Of a DNA stretch of 64,000 nucleotides, positions 50,517-60,702 are shown piece by piece; the first letter of the stretch is position 1, and each line of letters begins with the position of its first letter. This DNA comes from Ramazzottius varieornatus (lineage: Eukaryota; Animalia; Tardigrada): assembly GCA_001949185.1 (NCBI GenBank), contig BDGG01000013.1, positions 1,380,617-1,444,616 on the forward strand, read 5' to 3'. The position numbers were made by a program, and so were the translations under genes. Under the pieces are notes generated by a model. The model was given only the letters and a program-made list of their open reading frames with translations. It was not told where the DNA came from and ran no database searches.

Positions 50517-53500
50517 TCAAAAGAAGAAAGCATCATCATCTTCGTCCATCGGCTCTCCAGCCGGTGCCTTCTTTTCCGTCGACTTAACGTTCTCATCATC
50601 CGAATCCGACAAGTTCAAGTCATCTTCCAGCGCAGCCCTGCTAGCCACCGTTGGGACAGACGGCTCTTCCTTCAACTCCGCATCCTCATTGGCCATCGAA
50701 GGCTCGTTCGAGTCGTACTGGCTCACCTGGTTGCGAATAAGCATAGACGGTTCCCCATGATTCGACTCTTCCTCGTAGCCGGTCCTTGCATCTTCGTAGA
50801 ACCTATCGCTGGGCAGCGCGCTGACTTGTGTTCTGTTGGTGAACGGAGTGGGCGAAGGAGGATCGGAAGCCATTTTCGATCGACTATCTGCAAGCACCAC
50901 AAAGGGATTTCACCTCTCCGACGACAACAACCAAGCTTTTTTCGTGCTTAGTTTTCTCTACATGGGAGCTCAGGAAACAAACTCCGAGAGATCACTGCCC
51001 CAAGTGGCGCACGCTTCCAGGTCATCGCACTTAAAACGTGCGCCACTTGAGGAAACAACCTTTCGCTGCTCTCAAGTGGCGCACGCTGTTGCCAATAACC
51101 CCGGAAACGTGCGTCACTTGGGGAAACAATCTGATCGAGTTCGTTTGCCGATCTCACACATGATGCCCAACATCTTTCTTGACATATTTCCCCGAATATC
51201 TCCTGATATGTCTTTTGAAGAGTTTCTGGAATGATCATCCTCGAGTTGTTTCAAATAATCCGAAAATCACTAGGAATTAATGTGGAATGCTTCTCTCACC
51301 TTCGCGACTAAGTTTGCTGTCGTCCTCCATATCGGCATTCGAGTACGAGAAGACCGAGTCCAGTCTGAATTCTCGTCTGGAATGCGAGGTGGTGGGTCGA
51401 TCGTTATCGGAGACATGTGTGCCGCTAGATTCGGTTTCCTCTTTTATGGCGGTCTCAAGAGCGGCGATGCGGTCGCGTTCTTCCAGGCAGGCTGCCTCAG
51501 CTGCTCTAACCAATTCTTCTGCAGTGCGGGTGTGAGCAGAATCAGAGGATGAACCGTTGTACTTGATGCAGTTGTCCTTGATCAACGTCACATCCGCCAG
51601 GAACTGGTCTTTAGAGCGGTACTGATGGGACTTGGCCTTCTGCTCCATGGTGTCGAAATCCATGGGCTGCTTGATTTTCGTATGGTAGTCAGGGTATAGC
51701 TTCCGGTTGACCGGCGAATGGAACAAGGCTGAGCCTGTAACAAAAACAACAGAACTTGGATTACAGCCCCAAGTCGAACAAAAAGCCACTATCGAACTTC
51801 CGATATAATTCGATCTTCTTTAATGGGCTTCGTGATAAATGGCCGCTGAGCAAACAAACAACAGAACCAAATCATTTCCCAAGTGGCGCACGTTTCACTG
51901 TCATCGGCTGGAAGCGCGTGCGCCAATTGGGAAAACGATCTGCTCGAGTTTGCTCACCCAGCTCCCACATATCCCTGCTGAAAGTTTATCGTTTTGTGTC
52001 GAGATCCAAGATTTGAACTTTTCAAAATTTCTTTCCTGAGACCTACCTTCGACGGTTCTGAGGCCCTTTTCGATGATTTGCTGAAAGAGGTAGCTTAGTG
52101 CGATCTGGTCATCATCGTGCAGCAGCGGGTTGATCTTTTGCTCCTGGTCCCTCAAGACTTCTTCTCTTTGGCCGAACCTTCTTAAGCACAAGTCCACCAT
52201 ACTTTGGGCAGCCATTGTCAATGTACACTTTTCCCCTTTACCGTTGTACTTCTCGCAATTGGCATAGATCAGCTGAACGTCTTTAAGAAAGTCTTCCCTG
52301 GAGCGGTAGATGCCTTGGTTTAGCTTCTTTCGCATGGTGCTTAGGTCCATTGGGTCACTCACAATCAACTAGGAAGGAAAATGATTAAAATTCAGTCACT
52401 GAGATCAGAGAAACAACATTGCTCAAGACTATCATCCACCTAGGTACTTGATTATTACACGCATCACGGTTCGACAGGCATGCAGGTGGATGACGGTCTT
52501 CAGCAGAGGTATTCCGTTCGTGTTCTGCTATCACCGTCACGGACCTGCACACACGTTTACGCTACAACTGCATACAAAACGGTATGCAGGAGACTGACAG
52601 TTACGCTAAGTTCGTTTATTGATCTGGCTTCAAGTGCGGTATCACTTACCCCGTAGTCAGGATATATTTTGGGATTGACAGGCAGACGAAACAGCTCGCA
52701 GCCCGGAAGGTCCCGCATCTCGTCGAGAATCTCTTCGAGACTGCCAGCCAAGACGACAACTGGATCCACACGACGTCGCGAGCTGAAGAGCCGAGGTTTC
52801 TCAAGGTAGTCGGGCATGGAACCAGTACCCCCAGTGCGACGCTGCTTTTTGGGTCGCCCTGACCTCGCCCGGTCTTCGTCTTCTTCCCGATCGCGCTTCT
52901 CTTTTCTCCGAATCTTGGCCTCAATCGGATCCACTAAAAACAAACAAGCGGTTGAATGCAATACCGAGCTCGAAGGTCGTCGAGATTGTTCCGCCACGTG
53001 GCTCACGTTCCCAGTACTGCTGGTTGGAAGACTGCAACTATGACAAACAATCTTGCCGAGTTTGTTTTAATACCCTGCCCTTAATTCACAGCAAGCGGAA
53101 GACCATATTTCAAGTTTGCCGATTTTTCCCCAAACACTGTCAGTGATTTACTTTTCACTTGCCGGTTACTTACATGGTTCGACCGACTCTTCTCGTTCAA
53201 GGAGCTGCTTCGGTATCCTCAGCTTGATGCCTTCTTGTCGAATCAAGTTAGATTCATTTAAAACAGTCTTGCTCACTGTAATCTTGTTGCCCTCGACACG
53301 GACCAGTCCACTATCCGACGAGAGGTTTCCAAAGCGCTGGCTCTCTTCTTCCTCGGTCATGACCAGGTTCCTGGTCTCTCCAGCCATGGGACACACCGCC
53401 TTGTTGGTCTTCATATGACCCACCTGTCCACACGCGCCACACTTCACTTTGATCTCCTTCTCTTTCTTGGGCTTTTTAGGCTTCTTCGGCTTCGAAGTCT

Positions 53501-56500
53501 CTTCACCTTCCTGCAAACAACGTTAAGTTTCCAGAAAGAAGAGCTCGGTAAACGAGCTCGACAAGACTGCTTTCCCAAGAGACGCACCTTTCCACTGTTA
53601 TTAGCCGAAAACGTGCGCCGCTCGGTAGTCAACAAGACTGGTTTACCAAGTGGCGCACGTCTTCGATGTTGTCACATGGAAACGAGTGCCGAACAATTAT
53701 CTCCGTTCAGTTGTACGGTTCGATTGATTAGTGGATCTGGCTTACCCAAGTGCTGCTCTGCGCCGCTTCGTCGATCTCCAGTCGCTTCTGTATGGCGTCG
53801 CTTCGTCGCAGTTGTTCCTGCTTGCGCCGTTTCTCCTTTCTCAAAAGTTCTTTCCGTTCGGAATCCAGAGCCGAGAACTGCCTGATGAAGTTCTCGTCTT
53901 TGGAACGAATGCGGATGTAGGCATCGATCAAAGCTGGACGACTGACGATCTCGGTGCGGTCAAACTTTCTGCCTTCTGGATCGGTGAAAGTTCTCGTGAT
54001 CTTCAAACGACGGGTGGGTGCTGCTGGTGCTTCTTCCGTGGCCTCCGCACCACCAGCTGCCTTCTTTACCTTCTGCTTTTGCTTCTAAAAAGGCCAAAAC
54101 CATTTACAACATTGTTAGACCCAGCACTGTATGATTGAAAACCAAAAACTCTCATCCACTCGCATACAGTCCCACGATGCACAATGTACGAACAACGGCA
54201 TGCATGTACGTGAGAGAACAGTGCACTTTGTTTGCCTATATTCCTTCTGATCAGTTTACTCACCCTGTCTTTCTCGTCAGCTTCTTCTTTGTTGAGTAAT
54301 TTCTTCAGCTCCTTTCTCTCCTCTTCCTCGCGTTCGAATAGGAGTTCTTTATGGGACTTCTTGCTTTGAATTTGTATCTCTAGGTTCCTTCCCTGCTTCT
54401 CCATGTCCTCATCTTCCTCTTCGTCGCTGCTTTCTTCATCAGTCGACAGGACTTCGTCCGAGCCCAGTATCCTGTTCTGTAGCTCGAAGATTCTCTGGCT
54501 TTCCTCCTTGTACTTCTGTTGCTGCTCGGCGAACGAGTACTTGTTGCCTCGGGCGAACTTACTCATCTGCTCCTCGTTTCCGCCACGCGACTGCTGTGTC
54601 CCCAGGAACCGCACCAGATCAATGATCTCCCAACGCGAAAGCTTCTTGATCCTGTCTTCTGCTATGTTGGCAGCCCGGAGAAGATCCTTGGCTTTACTCA
54701 AGGACAATTTTCTCAAGTCAGCATCCGTTCCCGTTACCTACGAAAACAAGCAGACAACACAAAATCCGTCGGTGCTCATCCACCTACACAGTCACTCCTG
54801 TGTCTAACAATATAAGCAAGTATGCAGGTCCGTGAACAGTCAATCCATAGCAGTTCACACGCATCTCACGCACACCTGCATACATTACTCCACACGCCTG
54901 CCGTGTCAAACGAGTACGCAGGCAGGTGCACGGCCTCTTTACTGTTCGCGGACCGCACTAGACAACGAACTTGTTTCTTACCGTTCGTTTTGGTAGGGGA
55001 GGTCCTTCCTTATCAGCTTTGCTGCTGGCTATCCTGACATAGCTGAAGCCTTCTCCACGACCAGTCGGATCAGCGTTGCCCGTCAGCTGGAGAATACACT
55101 TGCCTCGAACGGCAGAGATGTAGGCTCGGGTTGTGTTCCATGGAGCAGCTTTGATCTCGTCGTCCATCTTAGACTGCTGCTCTTCGTCCCCGTCATCTTC
55201 AGTGGCCAGGATCAGCTTCTCGCCATAACCCGCGTCCTTCAGACGTTGCTCAGCAGAACGCATGCTGTAGTAAGCGCAGTAGTCTTCGGGACTACACAAG
55301 TCGCGAATTTCTTCTTCTGAAGGCAACCTAGAAAAACCAGGACCTAAGAAATGTTGCCTCATCGGTCCCACAACCGCACACAACTTTGCTCCTCACTTCT
55401 GAATTGCTTTGCTGTATCATGACATTGAAAAGAATCCTGGACACATACAGGACGTGGGCATACGAACTGCAACAGACCGTTCTCTCAAGTGGCGCACACT
55501 TTCAGCCAATCATAATGAGAACGTGCGCCACCTACGATAACGATCTGTTCGATTTAGTTGCTCCATGGTTTTCACCAATTTTCGACGTTGTTTCATATGG
55601 AATAACATACCGGAAATCGGGACGAAGTATCCACCATTGGGAATCAGGTCCGCTTCGATGGAAATCAGCGCACATCTTCAGCCGCTTCCTCAGCGTGCTT
55701 TCGCTTTGAGTGGAAGTGAAGAGCTTCTTAATTTCATCCGTCCGAACCTAAAACATTCAGGTCGATATTTGAAAGATCGGACTTCATTACTGGCGTATCG
55801 AACTACCTTTCTGGGTGTGTCTATGCTTTTCCAAAAGGCGCGATAGATGTGGGCCTGAAGGAAGTCCCGTTGAAAGTTGGTGGACTTTTTCGAGTTAGGT
55901 GCCGGGACGTCCGTCAGCGGGCTCTCTTGGCCCACCGTGAAGATGGTCGGAATCTCCCGAATGTAGTAGTGGTTCCGCGTTCTGATGATCAGGAAGTCGG
56001 TGGAAGACAGCTGGTGTTGGTAGATCGGTGCTCGAAACATGTTGTTCTCGAAGGCCTGGATGGCTTGTCCAGGAGCGAGAGCTCCAAGGAACGGCGAAGT
56101 GTGGGCGTAGACGACGTCACCGCCGTAATCGAACTTGGGCGGGTCTTCTGCTTCCTTTGGCTTTCTGTAACCAAAAAAAGCCGTAATAACATGTCCTTAC
56201 AACTGGAGGACTAACATGAAGCAAATCAAACAGGGATACACGTAAAGTGGAAAGTCAAGCACACAATCGACGTACCCCTCACGAACCTTCATACACGTGC
56301 TAATTGACTTCATACTGGCCACCTGTATGCACGTATGTGAAGGACTAGCTTTTCTGAGTACCTGCATACACTCTGTCACTTCGTATGTATGTATGTATGC
56401 AGGTTTCTGAGTTACAATATATATTTGCTAGCCATGCCGTTTAAAGTAGTTCTTGATCCGGGTAGCCATGCCGATCTGGCTGATCAGTGGCGGATGTTCC

Positions 56501-59500
56501 TCGCTATACTCCGCCAGGACAATTTCTCCATCCATCGCGCTCAAGTCCTCCGGCGTTCGCATGAAGAACATCTCACCCCCGCCCGACGCCACCCTTTCCT
56601 GTTCCCTCTCCTTGGCTTTCTTCTTGATGATCTTAGCCAGTGTCTCTACGGGATGAGCACCAGGCATCGTGATGGTGCCGTTGGAGTACTTCTTGAGGCC
56701 AGGACGGTGGTAGTTCCTTAGCTTGAGCAGGGTTAGGTTAGTCGGGAAGAAGTAACCGTAGAACTGCACAGCCGGGATGGAGTGCTGGATGGCCACCGCA
56801 CCCGTCGTTGTCTTCAGGTTACCTTCTTCCACTTTCGGCGAGTAGTACTCATCGTTGGAGAGGTTGAAGGGATCCTTCCAGTGGCTCTTGATCTCGTCAT
56901 GAGGCTTGGGCGAAGATGGCTGGTCCTTACTGATGCCTGCTTTCCTCAACACGCCGCTCGTCCTATAGAGGAAAAATTTCTCAGGAGTTACTAACTTGCT
57001 ACTGTCCGGAAGTAGCAGAAAAATGTCTCACAGCCTGCTCTCGTGATACCGGATCACCTCCGTTTCTAGTTTCAAAAATTCAAAGCAAGATAATAAAAAA
57101 CGGCAAACTGGCAAACGAAATGTGCAAGATCGTCATCTGAAGCGGCGCACGTCCTCAGCCAAAACCACTGAAAGTCTGTGCCACTCGAAAAAGCAATCTT
57201 GTACATTTCGTCTGTCAGCCTCCCATTATTCTCAGAAGTTCTCCGAAGAACCATTAAACGTGTTATGGCCCGGAAGTAACAGAAGCCGGGTGTCACTGCC
57301 GGTAATTGTAGCACAAAAGTACTTCGATTGCTCTTTGCCAAGCTCAGGATTTACCGTTTGTACGAGTCCTTCTTTTCTTTGCCTTCCTTGGCGTTCGTTA
57401 CAGGTTCCGGTGCGACCATCTCGTACTCTTCTTCGTCCGGAATACCGATGACAATGTTCGGGTCGTTGGGATCAAGCATGAGGACGGTGGGTTCTGGAAG
57501 GTTGTCCACATCTTCGGGGTCCCAGATGATGTCCTTCTCCCAGTTGCCGTTCAGTAGGTCTTCGTTCTCCGGCGGAAACATCGAGTCGTTCTTCAAGTCG
57601 AGCGGGGGAGGAAGAATGCTCGTACCGCCCTTACTAGCCGGTGCCAAAAAGCTCGAAGCCGTCCTAAAATGGACCAGCAGAACATTAGGCAAGAAAATTC
57701 TAACAATTTTTTCCATGTTTCATTTCAGACAGTTTTATTTTCTGCCCCTCTTGTTATACTTTTTGAACTAACTGAGGCAAATTGACTGGGCAAATGTAAC
57801 AAACCAGATCAGTGTCTCAAGTGGCGCACACTTTCAGCCGTAACATGAAACGCTGAAAAACAATAAAAATGTGCGCCATTTACGCCTGGTTCATTCCATT
57901 TGTCCACATCCTGGTTATCATTCTACTTTTTCTCTTGATGGGAAGCTTTTCTGCGTTAATCGCACCTGTAGACATTGCTGGGTATCCATCCAGCCACGGT
58001 TCGCTTATCCGCCAGAAGCTTCTCCACTTCCCTTTTGTGGTTCACGCCGTCCCAGATGATGTTCGACTCCCAGTGGGTCAGAGCTACCATCAGCAATGCT
58101 TCATCAGGCACCGGAACTTTGAGGGAAGCTTTAGTACCGTACGGAAATGAAGGAGGTTGAGGCTTGGCTTCTCGCTTCTTCTGTCGGGCGCCGTAGTCAA
58201 AGCCGGCGCCGGTTGGATCAACGTCCAGCTGATCGTACCAGTGCCGGGCTGGACCGTATCGCCAGCTGGGAATCACTTCAGAAGTCAGATCTTTAGGCTT
58301 TTCTGGCTCCTTAATCTCCTCACTCACACCTATGAAAACAAAAAAGGATAAAAAATCACAAGTTACCCATGGTCTAAACCATCGAAACTCGAAAGACCGA
58401 CAGAGGAAGCTCCCTGAATACAAACCAACCTGCGTACAGACAGGTCGTATTATGCAACTGACCGCAAGTATGCAGGTACGTAAAAGTTCAAAATACTGCG
58501 ACTTTGCTCGTTTCTTACCGGAAGGGTTTGGATGTTCGACAGTCACAGTCTCATCCGCGTTCTCGACTATGGTCAACACCGGACCATCTTGGCTGCTTTC
58601 TTCCGCGCAAGAAACGTCAACAGGAATCTCTTTCTCAGCACTCCTGCTGTAGATCGGCCATGGTTCCTCCAGCATACGTTCCAAAATTGCCGCCTCGTCT
58701 TCGTCCTCATCATCTGCTACTTCGCTGTCTAACGATGGAACGTCATGGAAGGCGACAGGGCGTGGCGGGAGCTTCTTTTTCCATCTTTTGGGAAGGCTAG
58801 ACGGTCGTCCACCTGTAAAGATTCTCGAGAAGCGCAGTGTCTTGTCAGGTCGGAACTCTGGAAAGACGTCAGTGACGTCGATTGAAGCGAGCTCTGGTGG
58901 CAGAACAGAAGCTAGAGGAGTATTGAGGCTTCGGAAGGTTTGAGTAGAGTCCGATGAGTCGAAGGAAGCAGATTCGGTGTCGACGGAAGCGCCGTCTTCG
59001 GCTGGTTGAGTGCTCTCATCAATCTGAAGCTTTATGCTGTGTGTGCTGTTTTGGCTGGAAGGCTCGACTGTATCTGGTTCTTCCTCCGAAGCTTCTGACT
59101 GTCCTTTAGATTCAGGTTCAGCGAGTACATCTAGAAAGGAACGGAATCGAGTTCGAATCGCCCCTAACATGGAAAAGGGAAACGGATTTGAAGTATCAAC
59201 CGACTCGCGCACCAGCATACTCTTAAGCACTGCTGTCGACGTAGCGAAAGCTATGTAGGTGCGTATAACAGCGTCTGCGACCACAGCACGAAAACTATAC
59301 CAGAACGACCTGCACCTACATACTGGCGCAGCGCGACAGATACACAGATTGGTGTAAGCAGGTCGATGAATCCACGCTAGAGTTTAATCTCTCGTGTTTT
59401 GCCCAGACTTACGTTCGATGGATGTAGTCAAAGGATGGATTCCTCGTTCTTGGCTGCTCACCAAAGAATCAGGTATCACTTCATCGCTGGAGGAAGGGTC

Positions 59501-59966
59501 TGAGCCTTGTACAGAAGGCTGGTCGATGGTCTCATCCAGATCGACTGCGTCGTAATCGTCCTTCATTTCAGTATCGTCGAAATCGAAGAAATCCACGGCT
59601 GACGGTGACTTCTGCTCAGCATCTCCTGACCCACAGGACATTCCGTCCGTCTGGGCTTTCGATTCTGTAACGGCATTCAATGCTTACACAGATTCAGACC
59701 GGTTGAAAGTATCAATATTGGTTGATACCTTCATCAGATGCGACTTCTTGAGAGACGTCTTTGATCTGAGTCGACAGGACGTTCAAGCCACCCGAGCTAA
59801 GGTTGGACAGATGTTCCTTGGCTTCTTCGTCTAGATAGTCCGATTCTAAACTGCCAGATTCCGAGACGTTTCCGAAGAGAAAGTTGGTAAGGGAGAAGGG
59901 CTGATCGGAAGCGTTGCCGTCCTCGTCGTCCCGGTCGGGACTTTCTTCATGAAGCGTCAACGACAT
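50517..59966 (-). CDS. TAF1: Transcription initiation factor TFIID subunit 1, about 16 exons
   Basis: TAND ([11 protein letters not shown]), [65 protein letters not shown], zinc knuckle [18 protein letters not shown], two bromodomains (PMDL/PMDF), acidic tail. Confidence 0.97.
51001..51120. repeat. Two tandem type A motif pairs in TAF1 intron 50888-51299
   Basis: 51003-51047 (27 nt spacer) and 51075-51118 (26 nt spacer). Confidence 0.92.
51882..51927. repeat. Type A motif pair in TAF1 intron 51735-52046
   Basis: AGTGGCGCA, 28 nt spacer, TGCGCCAAT. Confidence 0.88.
52438..52591. repeat. Two type B motif pairs in TAF1 intron 52369-52649
   Basis: ACCTAGGTAC-N30-GCATGCAGGT and ACCTGCACAC-N29-GTATGCAGGA. 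Confidence 0.7.
53578..53693. repeat. Two tandem type A motif pairs in TAF1 intron 53511-53745
   Basis: AGAGACGCA-N27-TGCGCCGCT and AGTGGCGCA-N27-AGTGCCGAA (degenerate right arm). Confidence 0.8.
54158..54207. repeat. Type B motif pair in TAF1 intron 54085-54263
   Basis: ACTCGCATAC-N30-GCATGCATGT. Confidence 0.6.
54782..54923. repeat. Two type B motif pairs in TAF1 intron 54738-54981
   Basis: ACCTACACAG-N28-GTATGCAGGT and ACCTGCATAC-N30-GTACGCAGGC. Confidence 0.75.
55471..55549. repeat. Type A motif pair in TAF1 intron 55328-55610
   Basis: AGTGGCGCA-N27-TGCGCCACC with outer arms AACAGACCGTT / AACGATCTGTT. Confidence 0.88.
56285..56404. repeat. Two type B motif pairs in TAF1 intron 56165-56437
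   Basis: ACCTTCATAC-N30-GTATGCACGT and ACCTGCATAC-N25-GTATGCAGGT. Confidence 0.78.
57121..57205. repeat. Type A motif pair in TAF1 intron 56963-57354
   Basis: AGCGGCGCA-N27-TGTGCCACT with outer arms TGTGCAAGAT / ATCTTGTACA. Confidence 0.85.
57820..57880. repeat. Type A motif pair with expanded spacer in TAF1 intron 57664-57883
   Basis: AGTGGCGCA-N43-TGCGCCATT. The right arm abuts the splice donor. Confidence 0.75.
58428..58477. repeat. Type B motif pair in TAF1 intron 58330-58518
   Basis: ACCTGCGTAC-N30-GTATGCAGGT. Confidence 0.82.
59211..59363. repeat. Two type B motif pairs in TAF1 intron 59131-59412
   Basis: ACCAGCATAC-N30-CTATGTAGGT and ACCTACATAC-N30-GTAAGCAGGT. Confidence 0.78.
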
Positions 59967-60702
59967 GCTGCCGTCTCGCAGAGAGACAACTCCTCAAACA
60001 TCCATCCTCCCAGTTAGAAGTAGTTTCATGACTTTCATCCAGAAAAGTGTTTTGTCTAATCGTCTAATTCGTGTTTTGCTTTTTCTTTCATAGGAGGACG
60101 GCTCCGCCTATGAGGCGCTGTCTGTGCACCGGCAAAGCGCCCACTTAGCGGAGCCGTTGTGATCCATGAGTCATCAAGTGTATAATTAATTTTCGCTGGA
60201 GTCGAGATTTCTGACTTCTGATGTTCCGGTCCTTCGATCTTTGTGATTCTTGTCTCATACGAATGCTTCCGATGAGACCTCTTCCTCCCGGACGTAGCGC
60301 GGGATTTTCCGCTGCAAGATAGTCGAAGGATGTCCTCTCCGCTGCGCTCTGGCTGGTTTTGCTCCACAAATAAGGGTAAGATGACACGACGTGCCTCCCG
60401 GAATTTTCTGCATGTTTGCACGAGCCTGCTTCTTCATCTTCCAAGAACCAAGCTGGGTTACCTCCTAGAAGCCTAAATAACTGGGAACGACTCTGGCACT
60501 CGTGTTCACAGCTGAGCGCATCACTGGGTTGCGTTCGAGGCTTATTAGACATGCGTTTATGCGCAAGTTCCAGGTTTTCCCTTTGAATATTCAGTTTGTG
60601 TACGTACTTCTAATTATTGTGTTTGCAGGTTTCGAATAGGTCGTGCCTTGTTCTACCCAGCCGAAGAACGTGATGTGAAGCCTTTCCCAGCGAGATAACA
60701 CC

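Noticed and set aside
57956-59284. 442-aa ORF as an independent gene
   Set aside because: It is two TAF1 exons read through stop-free intron sequence.
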